Part shown: in pieces, positions 52,918 through 64,000 of the stretch
Numbering within the stretch: position 1 is the stretch's first letter
How the letters are laid out: each line of letters opens with the position of its first letter
Assembly (NCBI GenBank): GCA_014905635.1
Contig: JABVCE010000033.1
Location: forward strand, 1 to 64,000
Direction of reading: 5' to 3'
Length of the DNA stretch: 64,000 nt
Source: Scenedesmus sp. PABB004
Taxonomy: Eukaryota
Notes under the pieces: model-generated
The model's input: the letters and a program-made list of their open reading frames with translations, nothing else
Databases searched by the model: none
Told to the model about the DNA's origin: nothing
Program-made: the position numbers and the translations under genes

Positions 52918-55900
52918 TCAGCGCGCGGCGGCCGCGGACGGCTGGCCCTTGGCCTGCTGCGCCTTGGGCGCGCGCAGCACGACCCAGCCCGGCTCGCTCG
53001 CGGAGCGCTCCAGCAGCTCGCGGTCGCGGGCGCGCGCGCGCCGCGCCGGCCGCCGCCGGCCGCGCGGCTGAAGTGGCTGACCGCCGCCCGCGCCGCCTTG
53101 GTCACGGGGCACTCGTGCCCCGGCGGCGCGAGCGAGCGCAGCAGCTCCACCAGCTCCGCCAGCCCGCCCAGCAGCGCCGTGAGCGGGCAGGCGCTGCCGC
53201 GCCGCTCGTCCGCGTGCTGCCCGCCCATGCGCAGCTGGCGCAGCTGGCGCAGCGCGCGCAGCGGCGACGGCAGCGCCTGGCCGCCGCCCGCGCCGCCGGC
53301 GTCGCTACCCGAGTCGCTGCCGCGCCGCACCCGCACGGGCGTGCACGCCTGCCCCGGCTCCTGGCCGCGCGCCTGCGCGTCGCACGCCGCTGCGGAGGTG
53401 CCCGGCGCGGCGGCGCCGCCGCCGGCGCACGCGCCACCGGGCGGCGGCGCGCCGCCGCCGCCGGGCGCGCTGCCGGCGGTGGCGGTGGCGGCGCTGCCGC
53501 TGCCGCCGCGCGCCGCGACGAGGGGCAGGTGGTTGCCGCTGACGTCGAGCGTGTCGAGGCGCTGCAGGCGCGACAGCCCAGCGGGCAGGCGCTTCAGGTG
53601 GTTGGCCGCGAGCGAGAGGCTCGTCAGCCGCGTGAGCGCCCACAGCCCGCCGGCCTCGGGCAGCGCGGCGAGCTGGTTGCGGCTGAGGTCAAGCGACACG
53701 AGGCGCGACAGGCCCCCGACGCTCGCCGGCAGCGCTGCGAGCTGGTTGTCGGGCAGGGACAGCACCCGCAGCCGGCTCGCCGCGCCGGCGCCGGGCGCGG
53801 CGCCGGCCGGCGCCGCGGGCGAGGGCGCCGCGCGCGCGGGCGCCGCGGGCGCGGCGCGCGGGCCGCGCCGCAGCAGCACGCCCATGCCGGCCGCCAGCTC
53901 CTCGTCCGTCGCCGGCTCCTCCTCCGCCGCGCGCTGCGGCGCCGCGCCGCGCGGCTGCTGCAGCGGCGGCTCGCCGCCGCCGCCGGCGGGCGGGAGCTCC
54001 GGCAGGGCGCGCAGCATGTTCTCGCCCGCCCACAGCTCCTCGAGCGCCGGCAGCGCCCACAACGGCGCGGGGAGGGCGTCCAGGTAGTTGCCGCTCGCGC
54101 GCAGCACGCGCAGCGCGCGCAGGCCCGCCACGCCGTCGGGCAGGCGGCGCAGGCGGTTGTCGCTCACGTCCAGGGCCGTCAGCCCCGCCGGCAGGCCCAG
54201 GCGGGGCGCGGCGGGCAGGTCGGCGACGTAGTTCCCCGCCACGCTCAGCGCGCGCAGGCGCCGCAGCCGGCCGAGCCAGGGCGGCAGGGCGCGGAGCTCG
54301 CAGCCCGCGAGCGTGAGCGCCGTGAGCGCGCCGCAGCCGCCGAGCGCCGCGAGCGCGGCGTCGGGGCCGTGCGGCGCGCGGCGCGCCATGGCCGTGCACG
54401 CGATGGCCACGGACGAGAGCCGCGGCAGGCCCGCGAGGCCGCGCGGCAGCAGCGGCACGCCCAGGCCCGAGACCGTGAGCACCTCGAGCGCGGTGCAGCG
54501 GCCGAGCGCGGGGCTCAGCGCCTCGAGCGCCGGCGCGCCGAGCACGCGCGAGCCGCCGCCGCGCCCCGCCGCCAGCACGAGGCGCCGCAGCGACGCGCAG
54601 CCGGAGAGCCACGCGCCGGCGGCGCCGAGCCCCGTCGGGTCCGCGCCCGGCGTGGGGGCCAGCAGGCTGGCGCCGGCGGCCAGGCGCTGGCTGCAGGTCG
54701 TCCAGACGAGGCTCGTGAGGTGCCCCGCCAGCGGCGCGGCGTCGGCGGGCGTCAGGCGGTCCTCGGGCGCGACGGAGGTCTCGGGTTCCACCCTGCGCGC
54801 GCGCCGGGCAGGCATGGAGCGTCAGGCACAGCGCGCGGCCGGGGCCGCCAGTGGCGCGGGCCGCACAGCGGCCCGCGCGGGCCGCCCGGGGCCGCACAGC
54901 GCGCGGCCGGGGCCGCCTGGCTGCCGCTGTCGGCCCGTGCCCCCCCCCAGCAGGCGCGGCGCGCACCGTGCCAGCTCCAGCTCCTCCACCTCCAGCTCCC
55001 GCAGCTGCGTGCAGGCCGCCAGCAGGCGCGCGAGCGCGCGCGCGTCCCAGCCCGCCGCCTGGCGCAGCGCGAGGCGCTGCAGCCGGCCGAGCAGGCCGCC
55101 CGCCGCGAGCAGCGTCAGCGCGCGCAGGTCCAGATCGCCGGGGCCCAGCTCGAGGCAGGTCAGGGCGCGCAGCTCCGCGAGCGGCGCGAGCGCGTCGGCG
55201 CCGCGCACGCTGCCGGCCAGGCGCAGGCGGCGCAGCTGCGCGAGCGCGCCCAGCCGCGCCGGCAGGTGCAGCTGCGGGTCGGCGACCAGCACCACCTCCG
55301 GCTCGGGCGTGCCCTCGTAGCTGCGCCGCCGGAACGGCGGCGCGCCGCCCGCGCCGTCGGGCCCGTGCGGCGGCGCCGCCCCGGCGGCTGCCGGGTGCGG
55401 CGCGATGCTCCAGGCCACGTCGAGCGCGGTCAGGGCCGTGAGCGCGCACACCGCGTCCGGGAGCGCGAGGCTGTACACGTGCGTGATGGTCACGCCGCCG
55501 TCGCAGTCGGCTGGCGGCGGCGCGCCGGGCCAGGCGTCGCCGCCGGCGCCGCCGCCGGGCGGGGCCACGTGCGTGCGCACGCCGCGCACCGCGAGCAGCG
55601 AGCCGCTCAGGCGCAGGTCGCGCAGGCGCGCGAGCGCCGGCAGGTCGCGCCAGACGCGCAGCGCCGCCAGCGGCGCCGCCGGCGGGCGCGCCTCGGCCGG
55701 CCAGCGCGCGCGCGCCCACGAGAGCAGCGGCGACACCGGCGCCGCCGCTGCTGAGGTGGCGGCGGCGCGCACCTCCACCACGCCGTCGGCCGCGCCGTCG
55801 GGGTGGGCCCCGCCGTCGGCCAGGGCGCCCAGGAGGCCGCCCAGCGGCGCCGGGCCGCCCGCGGCGCCGGGGCTGGCGCCGCACTCGCCGGCGAGTGCGC

Positions 55901-56273
55901 GCGCGCCCCCCGGCGCCCGCGCCGGCGGCTGGGCGCCGCAGGGCGCCTCGCAGCGCCCCGATCCCGGCCCGGGGAGGCCATCGGGCGGCCCGCCGGCCAG
56001 CGGCAGCGCGCGGGCGTCCAGCGCGGCCAGGCCGGGCGCCACCGCCCTGAGCGGCCCGTGGCCTGGCAGCCCGCCGGCCGGCCAGGCGCGCAGGTGAAGG
56101 GCCTCCAGCGAGCAGGCGAGGCCTCTTCGCCAAGACGAGCACGTAGCGCGAGCAGAGGCGACCGAGCTGCTCTCGGCGCCCCCCAGCGCCCGGCCGAGCA
56201 GCTCCGGCGGCAGTGCCGCCCAGCCGACATGCTGGGCGATGGCCACCGACGTGCTGGCCCCATCGCCCGCCAT
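52918..56273 (-). CDS. F-box-like / leucine-rich repeat protein
   Basis: N-terminal WAALPPELLGRAL..ARATCSSWRR. Many LxxLxLxxNxLxxLP repeats (LTALDVSDNRLRRLP, LVSLDLSRNQLAALP, LTSLSLAANHLKRLP). Confidence 0.88.
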
Positions 56274-57169
56274 ACCTCGCGCGCCGCGACGGCCTGGGCG
56301 TGGGCCAAGCAGGCGTGCGCGGCTTCTCCAATCAAACTGGCCGCGCCTCCCTCCGCTGCGGGCCCAATCGCGAGCCGGGCCCGGTCTCGAGCTGACGCTA
56401 GCGCTGGGTAGTGGCGGTGCGGCGCGCCCGCGCGATCGGAGCGCGCCGGGCGGGGAGACTCGAGCGGGCGCGGGAGCGCGGCAGTGCTCGTTTGAGCCCT
56501 GGGGCCACCGACAGGCCGCGGCGCGCAGCGCTTCGAGACCGCTGGCGACCGCTCAGAGCCTGGGGTCTGAGCAGGGGGTTCCCGCCGCCGCCGCGCGCGC
56601 GCGGGTGCCGCCGAGCCGCGCCCTCCGAGAAGCTGCCCGCCGCCGCGCCGCATGCGCCGCGGGCGGGTCGTGCGCGGCGCGGGCAGTTGCACAGCGCGCC
56701 AGTGGGCAGCACCGGCAGCCACCGCCGCCGCGCCGCGGCCGCCGGCAGCGCGCGCCGCGCCCGCCGCGCTCTCCGCGCTCTCCGCGCTCTCCGCGCGCCG
56801 GCCGCGCGGCAGGTGCTCGTGGTGCCGAAACGCACACCAGCCGCATCTCGCGGCATCCACGCATGCTGCGGCGCAGCCCGCGGCGCAGGAAGGGCTCGGG
56901 AGTGAGTGACCACCGCCGCCGTCGTCTTGGCGGATTTGTTGCAAGGCCCAATTCCTCCTGCCGCCCTCGCTCGTGCGCGCTGCCGCGCCACGCCGTGATC
57001 TACCGCCCCGCCCACCCCTCTGCGGTCCTGCGCGCTGGTCGGACGGCAAGCGCCTCGCTGCAGCCCTGCACGCGCCCAGGGACCGCCTGCCTTGCTCGCC
57101 GGCTGAGCGCAAGGGCACAGAGCTCAGCCGGCACAGGGCAGAGCGCAGCCGTTGCGAGGCAGCAGCGCG

Positions 57170-60100
57170 ATGGCGGACTCGAAAGCAGCGATGCCGGACC
57201 GGCAGGCGCGCCCCGCGCCGGCTGGGGGCTCCCAAGCCGCCTGATCGCGGTCCCGGGGCCTGCCGACACCGGCGGCGGCGCCCGCTGCCCGCCGCCGCAC
57301 GCGCCGCGGCCGGTGCCGCCGGTGCCGCCGCTGCTGTCGCTGCCAGGGCTGCCAGGGCGCGCCCGCAGCGCCGGCGGAGCACCTGCTCCTGCCGCCGCCG
57401 CTGAACCCCCTCCCCCGCGCCGCGCCGCATCGCAGGCGTCGCTGCGCTCGGCGTCGTTCGCGCACATGCCGCGCGGCATGAGCGCCGCGGCGTTCGGGCA
57501 CCTCAAGACGGCCGAGAAGAAGCTGCTGGCGCGCGTGCTGTCACTCAACATCGCCCTCATGCTCGTGAACTACCTGGACAGGTGGGACACACAGCAGAAG
57601 AGCACGCCGGGCGCCGCACAGCGCGCGGACGCGCCGGACGCGCGGCGCCAGTACGGCGCGGCGCGGCACAGCGCGGCGCGGCGCGGCACGGCGCGCCGAG
57701 CCGCCGCCGTCCCGCGCGCCCCGCACGCCCCGCGCGCCGCGCACACGTGCAGGACCAACCTGAGCTTTGCGTCGGTGCAGCTGAACCGCGACATCGGGCT
57801 GAGCAAGTCTGACTACGGCCTCGGCGCGGGTGCGTGCGGCCGCGCCCAGCCGGGCGGCCGCGCGGCCGGGCCGCGCCGCGCAGCGCGCCGCGCGCCCCGG
57901 GGCCCGCCGCCGCCGCCGCCGACGGCGCCGCGCGCCGTCGCCGCGCCCGCCGCTCGCCCGCCCCCCCCCCCCCCCCCCCCGGCCGCCGCTGGTGTCTCCT
58001 GCAGGGCTGTTCTTTGCGGCGTACGCGAGCATGCAGGTCCCCGCCAACATGGTGATGACCAAGATAGGCGGCCCCATCTGGCTCGGCACCATCGCGCTGC
58101 TCTGGGGCGTCGTGGCGACCTGCTTCGCGGCCATCCGCAACGTCCACACCTTCCTCGCGCTCAGGCACGGACGGCGGGCGGGCCCCCCTCGGCGGGCGAC
58201 GGCGCCGTGCGGCAGCGGCCCCGCAGCGCGGCGTGCGCGGCCGCCCGTCAACGCCCGCGCCCGCCGCCCGCCGCCTGCCAGGTTCCTGCTCGGCCTGTTT
58301 GAGGCGGGCGCGCTGCCGGGCATGTGGGCCTATCTGTCCCACTTCTACTCCAAGCCGCGCCTCACGCTGCCGCTCGGGTGCGCGCCGCGGCGCGCGGGGC
58401 GCCCGCAGCACGCGCAGCGCGCGCGCAGCGCCCCGCCCCGGCGCGGCGGCGTCGCGCCGCCTCGGCCTCGTCTGCCCCTCGCGCTGCGCCCGCCTCACGC
58501 ACGCGTGCGCCCGCCTCAACACGCGCGCACGCGTGTGTTGCCCGCCTCACACACACGCGTGCCCACCTCACACGCGCAGGTACCTCATGGGCGCCCTGAT
58601 CGTGAGCCAGGCCATCGGCGCGCCCCTGGCCGCGGGGCTCATGGCGCTCGACGGCCGGGGCGGCCTGCAGGGCTGGCAGTGGTGAGCCGCGCGCAGCTGG
58701 GAGCCGCAGCGGCCGCGGCCTCGGGGCGCGGCGCGCGCCGCGCTCGCCGCTGCCGCCGCCGCCGCTGCCGCCGCGCCCTGACCAGCCCCGCCGCGCCCCG
58801 GCCGCCCCGCGCCGCCGCGCCTCGCCCCCAGGCTGTTCGTCGTGGAGGGCGTGATGGCGGTCATTGTCGCCGTCTGCATCCTCGCCTTCCTCCCGCGCGA
58901 CATCGACGCCGTGAAGGGCCTCACGCCCGACGAGCGCGCCGCGCTGCACGAGGCGATGTCGGCGAGCCCCAAGCCCGTCGGCAGCGCGCGCGCCGCGCTG
59001 CGCGGCGCGGTGACCAACCCGGCTGTGTTTGTGGGCGGCGCGATCAAGTTCTTCAGGGACGTCGCATTCTACGGCATCACCTACTGGTGGGGAGGGCGCG
59101 GGAGAGGGTTTAGGGAGGGAGAGGGTTTAGAGAGAGGGAGAGGGCTTTGAAGGAGGGAGAGGGAGAGGGGGAGCTGCTGCGCAGCGCTGCGCAGCGCTGC
59201 GCAGCCGCCGCGGCGGCCGGGCCGGCGCGCCGGCACAGGGGCGCGGCGGCGACGCCGCCGACGCGCGCGCGGCCGCCTCTCCGGCCAGCCCGGCCCGCCC
59301 GCGCTCCCTCGCCGCGCCGCCCGCGCTCACATGCGTGCGCACCGCGCGTCCCTGCAGGATGCCGCTGGTCATCGAGACCATGCTGCCCAACACCGACCCG
59401 CACACGCGTGGCCTCTACTCAATCCTGCTGACCGCGGTGCCGTTTGTCTCGAGCGCGGTCGTGCAGTTTTTCACGTCGTGGCACTCCCAGCGCGCCAACG
59501 AGCGCCGCCTGCACCTCGCCGCGTCGTGGGCGCTCGGCGTCGCGTGCCTCGCGCTGCTCCCGGTCGCGCAGATGCGCGGGTCGTCGGGCGGCGCGTTTGC
59601 GCTGCTCGTCATCGGCGTCGTCGGCGTGTTTGGCGTCGAGGGCATCTCCGTCGCCTTCTACCTGGCCCTCATGGTGCGGCGACCAGACGAAGCACATGGT
59701 TTCGTTTGTTTGTTTGTTTGTTTGTTTGTTTGTTTGTTTGTTTGTTTGTTTGTTTGTTTGTTTGTTTGTTTGTTTGTTTGTGTGTTTGTTTGTTTGTTCA
59801 AGGGTTGGCGGGGCCCACACACGCGGGCACAGCCCCGCGCGCCGCCCACGCGCGCGCGCCGCCGCCGTCCCGCGCCGCCGTGCGCCGCAGGGCGGCGAGA
59901 AGGGCGCCGGCATCTCCATCATCAACGCCATCGGCGCGCTCGGCGGCTTCGTGGGCCCCTACGTGATCGGCGCGCTCACCCAGGCGTCGGGCAACTACTA
60001 CGGCGCGATGTGGATGCTCGCCGCGTTCCTCGCTGTCGCCGTCGCGGGCACGGGTGCGCCCCCGGCGCCCCCGGCGCGGCCCCCCGCCCGCGCCGCGCGC

Positions 60101-60415
60101 CGCCGCGCGCCGCCCGCCGCGCCGCCCACGCGCCCGCCGCCGCCGCCGCCGCGGCGCGCAGTCATCGTGCGCGAGTCGTGGGCGGCCAAGTTCAGCCTGC
60201 GGCCGGGGCAGAAGCCCCACCCCGAGCGCGTCGCGTCGGGGCGCATCCCGTCCGTGTTTGCCGACGGCTGCATGGCGGCGGCCATGGTCGGCTACCTGCC
60301 AGAGGAGGAGGAGGAGGACGAGGACGAGGAGCAGGGGCCGCCGCGCGGCGCCGAGGCCGGCGGCGCGGGCGTGGAGCTCGCGGCGGGCGCCAAGGAGCCG
60401 GCGGCCAAGCCATAA
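57170..60415 (+). CDS. MFS transporter, anion:cation symporter type (TtuB/Dal5-like organic acid or nicotinate transporter)
   Basis: NYLDR|TNLSFA, YGLGAG|LFFAAY..QVPAN, LR|FLLGLFEAGALPG, LDGRGGLQGWQW|LFVVEG, GISIINAIGALGGFVGPYVIG. Confidence 0.92.
59703..59798. repeat. (TTTG)n microsatellite in an MFS intron
   Basis: Directly visible, about 24 units. Confidence 0.95.
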
Positions 60416-60654
60416 CGGGCACCGAGGGCGCGCGAGAACGAGGGGGTTGCTGCTCTGGCTCCGCACCGCCGGCGCCGCCGCCTGCGGGCCGCGCGGCGAC
60501 GCGTGCGCGCTCTGATGCTGAACTGTTGGCGACTGCTGATCCTGATGCTGCACTGCCCGTACGCACTGTGCATTCGTGCGGGCCTGCGCCGCCAGCTGTC
60601 TGTCTGTCCAGTTGAAGCTGACACCCCACCCATTCTGCAAAACCGCCCCCCCCC

Positions 60655-60744
60655 CTCCACCCGGTCACGCGCCGCCTGAGTGACTGGCGCCTGCCGGAGC
60701 TCCACCCGGTCACGCGCCGCCTGAGTGACTGGCGCCTGCCGGAG
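60655..60744. repeat. Perfect 45-bp tandem duplication between the convergent MFS and GNAT genes
   Basis: CTCCACCCGGTCACGCGCCGCCTGAGTGACTGGCGCCTGCCGGAG occurs twice (60655-60699 and 60700-60744). Confidence 0.95.
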
Positions 60745-61013
60745 CCTGCATTGCCTTTACCGCCGGAGGGGCGGTCCGCCCGGGGGCCGCCTGCCAGCCG
60801 CGGCGCTTGCGCAGCGCGCGCGCTCAACCCATCAACGCGCCAGGCCGACGCCGCCAGCTTGCGCGATCTGCGCGCGGGACCGCCGGCGCGCCGCCTGGCC
60901 AGCCACACGCGACCATTCAGCACACACACCTCTCTTCTCGCCACAGCCCCCTCTCCCTGCTGCCTGCCTGCTTTGGTACACCGCCACCCGCGGCCAGCGC
61001 AGGCGCGCCGCGC

Positions 61014-62341
61014 TCACGCCGGCCAGCGCTCCGCGCCGACCGCGCCCCGGCCGCTGCCGCCGTCGCCGCGGCCGTCCGCGCCGGGCAGCGGGTGCGCGAG
61101 CAGCCCCGGCCCTGACAGCTGCTTCGTCAGCATCACGCGGCGCTGCCGCCCCGTGCGCCCCTTCTCAGCGTCCTCGCGCCACAGCGGGTCCTGCGGGCGG
61201 GGCGCGCGTGTGAGCAGCCAACAGCCGCGCGGGCAGGCAGCGCGCGGCGGCGCCGGCTCCAGCGGCCGCGCGCGCACCTCCCACTCCGTCTGCTCGAAGC
61301 CCCACGCCTCGTACAGCCTGCGCCGGGCGGCAGTTGCGGCGGCGGGTCGGGCGCCGCGCCGCGCCGCGCGGCGCACGCTGGCCGGCCGGCGCGCCGCCTG
61401 CTGCGGGCCCCGCGCCGCCCCGCCCCGCCCCCCGCGCACCGCATCGCGGGCTCAAAGTATTTGTACGCCAGCAGCAGCGCCAGCTGCGGGCTCGCGTCGA
61501 GCTCCACCAGCGCGGCGCGGATGGCCGCACGCATGAGCAGGTGCGAGACGCCGCGCCGCCGCAGCGGCGGCGCGACGGCCATGTTGGTGATCATTGCAAA
61601 CGGCGTGCCGCGCGCGACGCCCGCCGCGGCGGCGATGGTCGACGACGCCGCCATGAGCGTGACGTTGACCACGCCCACCGCGCGCTGGACGGCGCGGGCG
61701 CGCGGCGGCGGGCGGTGGGCAGCGGGCGGGGGGCAGCGCGCAGCGGGGCCGGCGCGGGCGCAGGCGTGAGGCGCGGCACGGCGCGGCGCGGCACACCTGC
61801 TCCGCGCCCTGCTGTCGCCGCCGCTGCTGCTGCTGCTGCTGCTGCCGCTGCTCCCCCTCCGCCTCCAGCTGCCCCTCCTCGCCCGCGAGCGCCACGATGG
61901 TGGCGTGGCCGCGGCCCGGGCCCATGTGCAGGCCCATCGTCTGCGCCGCGCTGCGCAGGCGGTAGGCGTTGAACGCCACAGCGTCGGCGAGCGCGTTGTG
62001 CGGGGCGGGCGCGTAGAAGGTCTCGGCCACGAGGTCGTTGCCCTGCGCGCGGCCGGGGCGGCGGCGGGCGTGGGCAGGCCGGGCCGGGGACGGGCGCCGC
62101 GCCGCGCCGCGCACGCGTGCTGACGCCCGCGCTGCCAGGCCAGGCACCGCGGGCGGACCTGCAGCACGCGCTGCAGGTCCTCGGGCCCCGACAGCGTGAC
62201 GATGGTCTGCGTGGTGACCAGCGGCAGCGCGCGCGAGCACGACGCGGCTGTGCAGCGCGGCGCGAGAGCTGCGCGGCGCCGCCGCTGCCACCGAGCGGGC
62301 GCCGCCGCGGCTTGCCGCCGCGGGAGCGCGGTCCGCTGCAT
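61014..62341 (-). CDS. GNAT-family acetyltransferase, probably plastid-targeted
   Basis: Transit-like N-terminus; [22 protein letters not shown] (acetyl-CoA motif A); [11 protein letters not shown]. Confidence 0.88.
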
Positions 62342-62726
62342 GCTGCCGTGGCCGTGGTCAGGAGCGGAGCTGCGGCACCGGGGGGCCTGCGCTGGGCGTG
62401 GGAGGGCTCGGCGGGCGCGGGCGCGGCAGCGGCGCTGCTGCCCGGCGGCGATGCTGCGCGCGCAAGCTCGGCCCGCGCGCCCTTCCGCGGCTGTGGAGCG
62501 TGACCGGGCAGCGCGTGAGGGGGCGCCATGGACACGGGGGCGAGTTTTTGGCACGCGAGGCGGGCATAACACCCTTCGAGGCCCCGCCGCGCGCCGCTGC
62601 GCCGCCCAGTCGCCCCGCGCCCCGCCCACGCCGTGCTCGCACCGCCCCTCACGTCCCGGTACCCTGCGTCCCGCCCGGCGGCCGCTGCTCTCGCCGCGCG
62701 GCGGCCGCCTGCCCCCGCCCGGCGCG

Positions 62727-63780
<1,054 letters not shown>

Positions 63781-63990
63781 TAGGCAGGCCCCCGACAGCG
63801 ACAGCGGCAGGAGCAGCGTAGCTAGGCCCGTGTGTGGATCGTGTGCATGTGTGTGACGCGCCGGGCGCGGCGCTGCAAAGCCCCCGACGCGCCGCCGGCT
63901 TTTCGCGACATGCCGGCGCATGCGCGCGGGCGGCTGCCCCCTTTGTACCCCTGACGCGCTCCCCTCTCTCTCCTTTTGTACCAACCCGAG

Positions 63991-63995
63991 TGTAA
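63991..63995 (+). promoter_or_regulatory. TGTAA poly(A) signal candidate for the E2 gene
   Basis: First TGTAA I see downstream of the stop at 63640. Confidence 0.55.
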
Positions 63996-64000
63996 AGTTG

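Noticed and set aside
59106..59131. TTTAGGG telomere-like motif
   Set aside because: Only one or two isolated motifs in a purine-rich intron, not an array.
59703..59810. (TTTG)n followed by TTCAAGGGTTGG as another retroposon tail
   Set aside because: Similarity to the family 3' end is only about 10 nt and there is no TSD, so it is treated as a microsatellite.

Overview
Eukaryotic nuclear DNA, extremely GC-rich and intron-dense. It is most consistent with a chlorophyte green alga, probably Sphaeropleales-like (inferred from TGTAA poly(A) signals, GTGCGC/GCGCGC donors, CTGAC/CTCAC branch points and plastid-type genes). The long six-frame ORFs are mostly GC artefacts, so real genes were rebuilt by hand from exons and their boundaries are approximate. 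Bases 1-10.4 kb are a 172-bp satellite array (about 88% GC). It is interrupted and bordered by copies of a non-coding poly(A)-tailed retroposon with ~14-bp target-site duplications (TSDs), including a 1977-bp higher-order repeat and a self-nested hairpin copy. Bases 11-64 kb hold 16 tightly packed spliced genes: putative double-MBD-like protein, GCNA/SprT protease, OPR-like protein, DUF1350, a cyanobacterial-type plastid protein, Expp1-like protein, a small hypothetical, SEC14/CRAL-TRIO, DUF3007, malonyl-CoA decarboxylase, a full-length animal-like SMCHD1, a SlyD-type FKBP-MsrA fusion (two apparent 1-nt deletions), F-box/LRR, MFS transporter, GNAT acetyltransferase and a UBE2E-like E2. GC-AG introns are unusually common.
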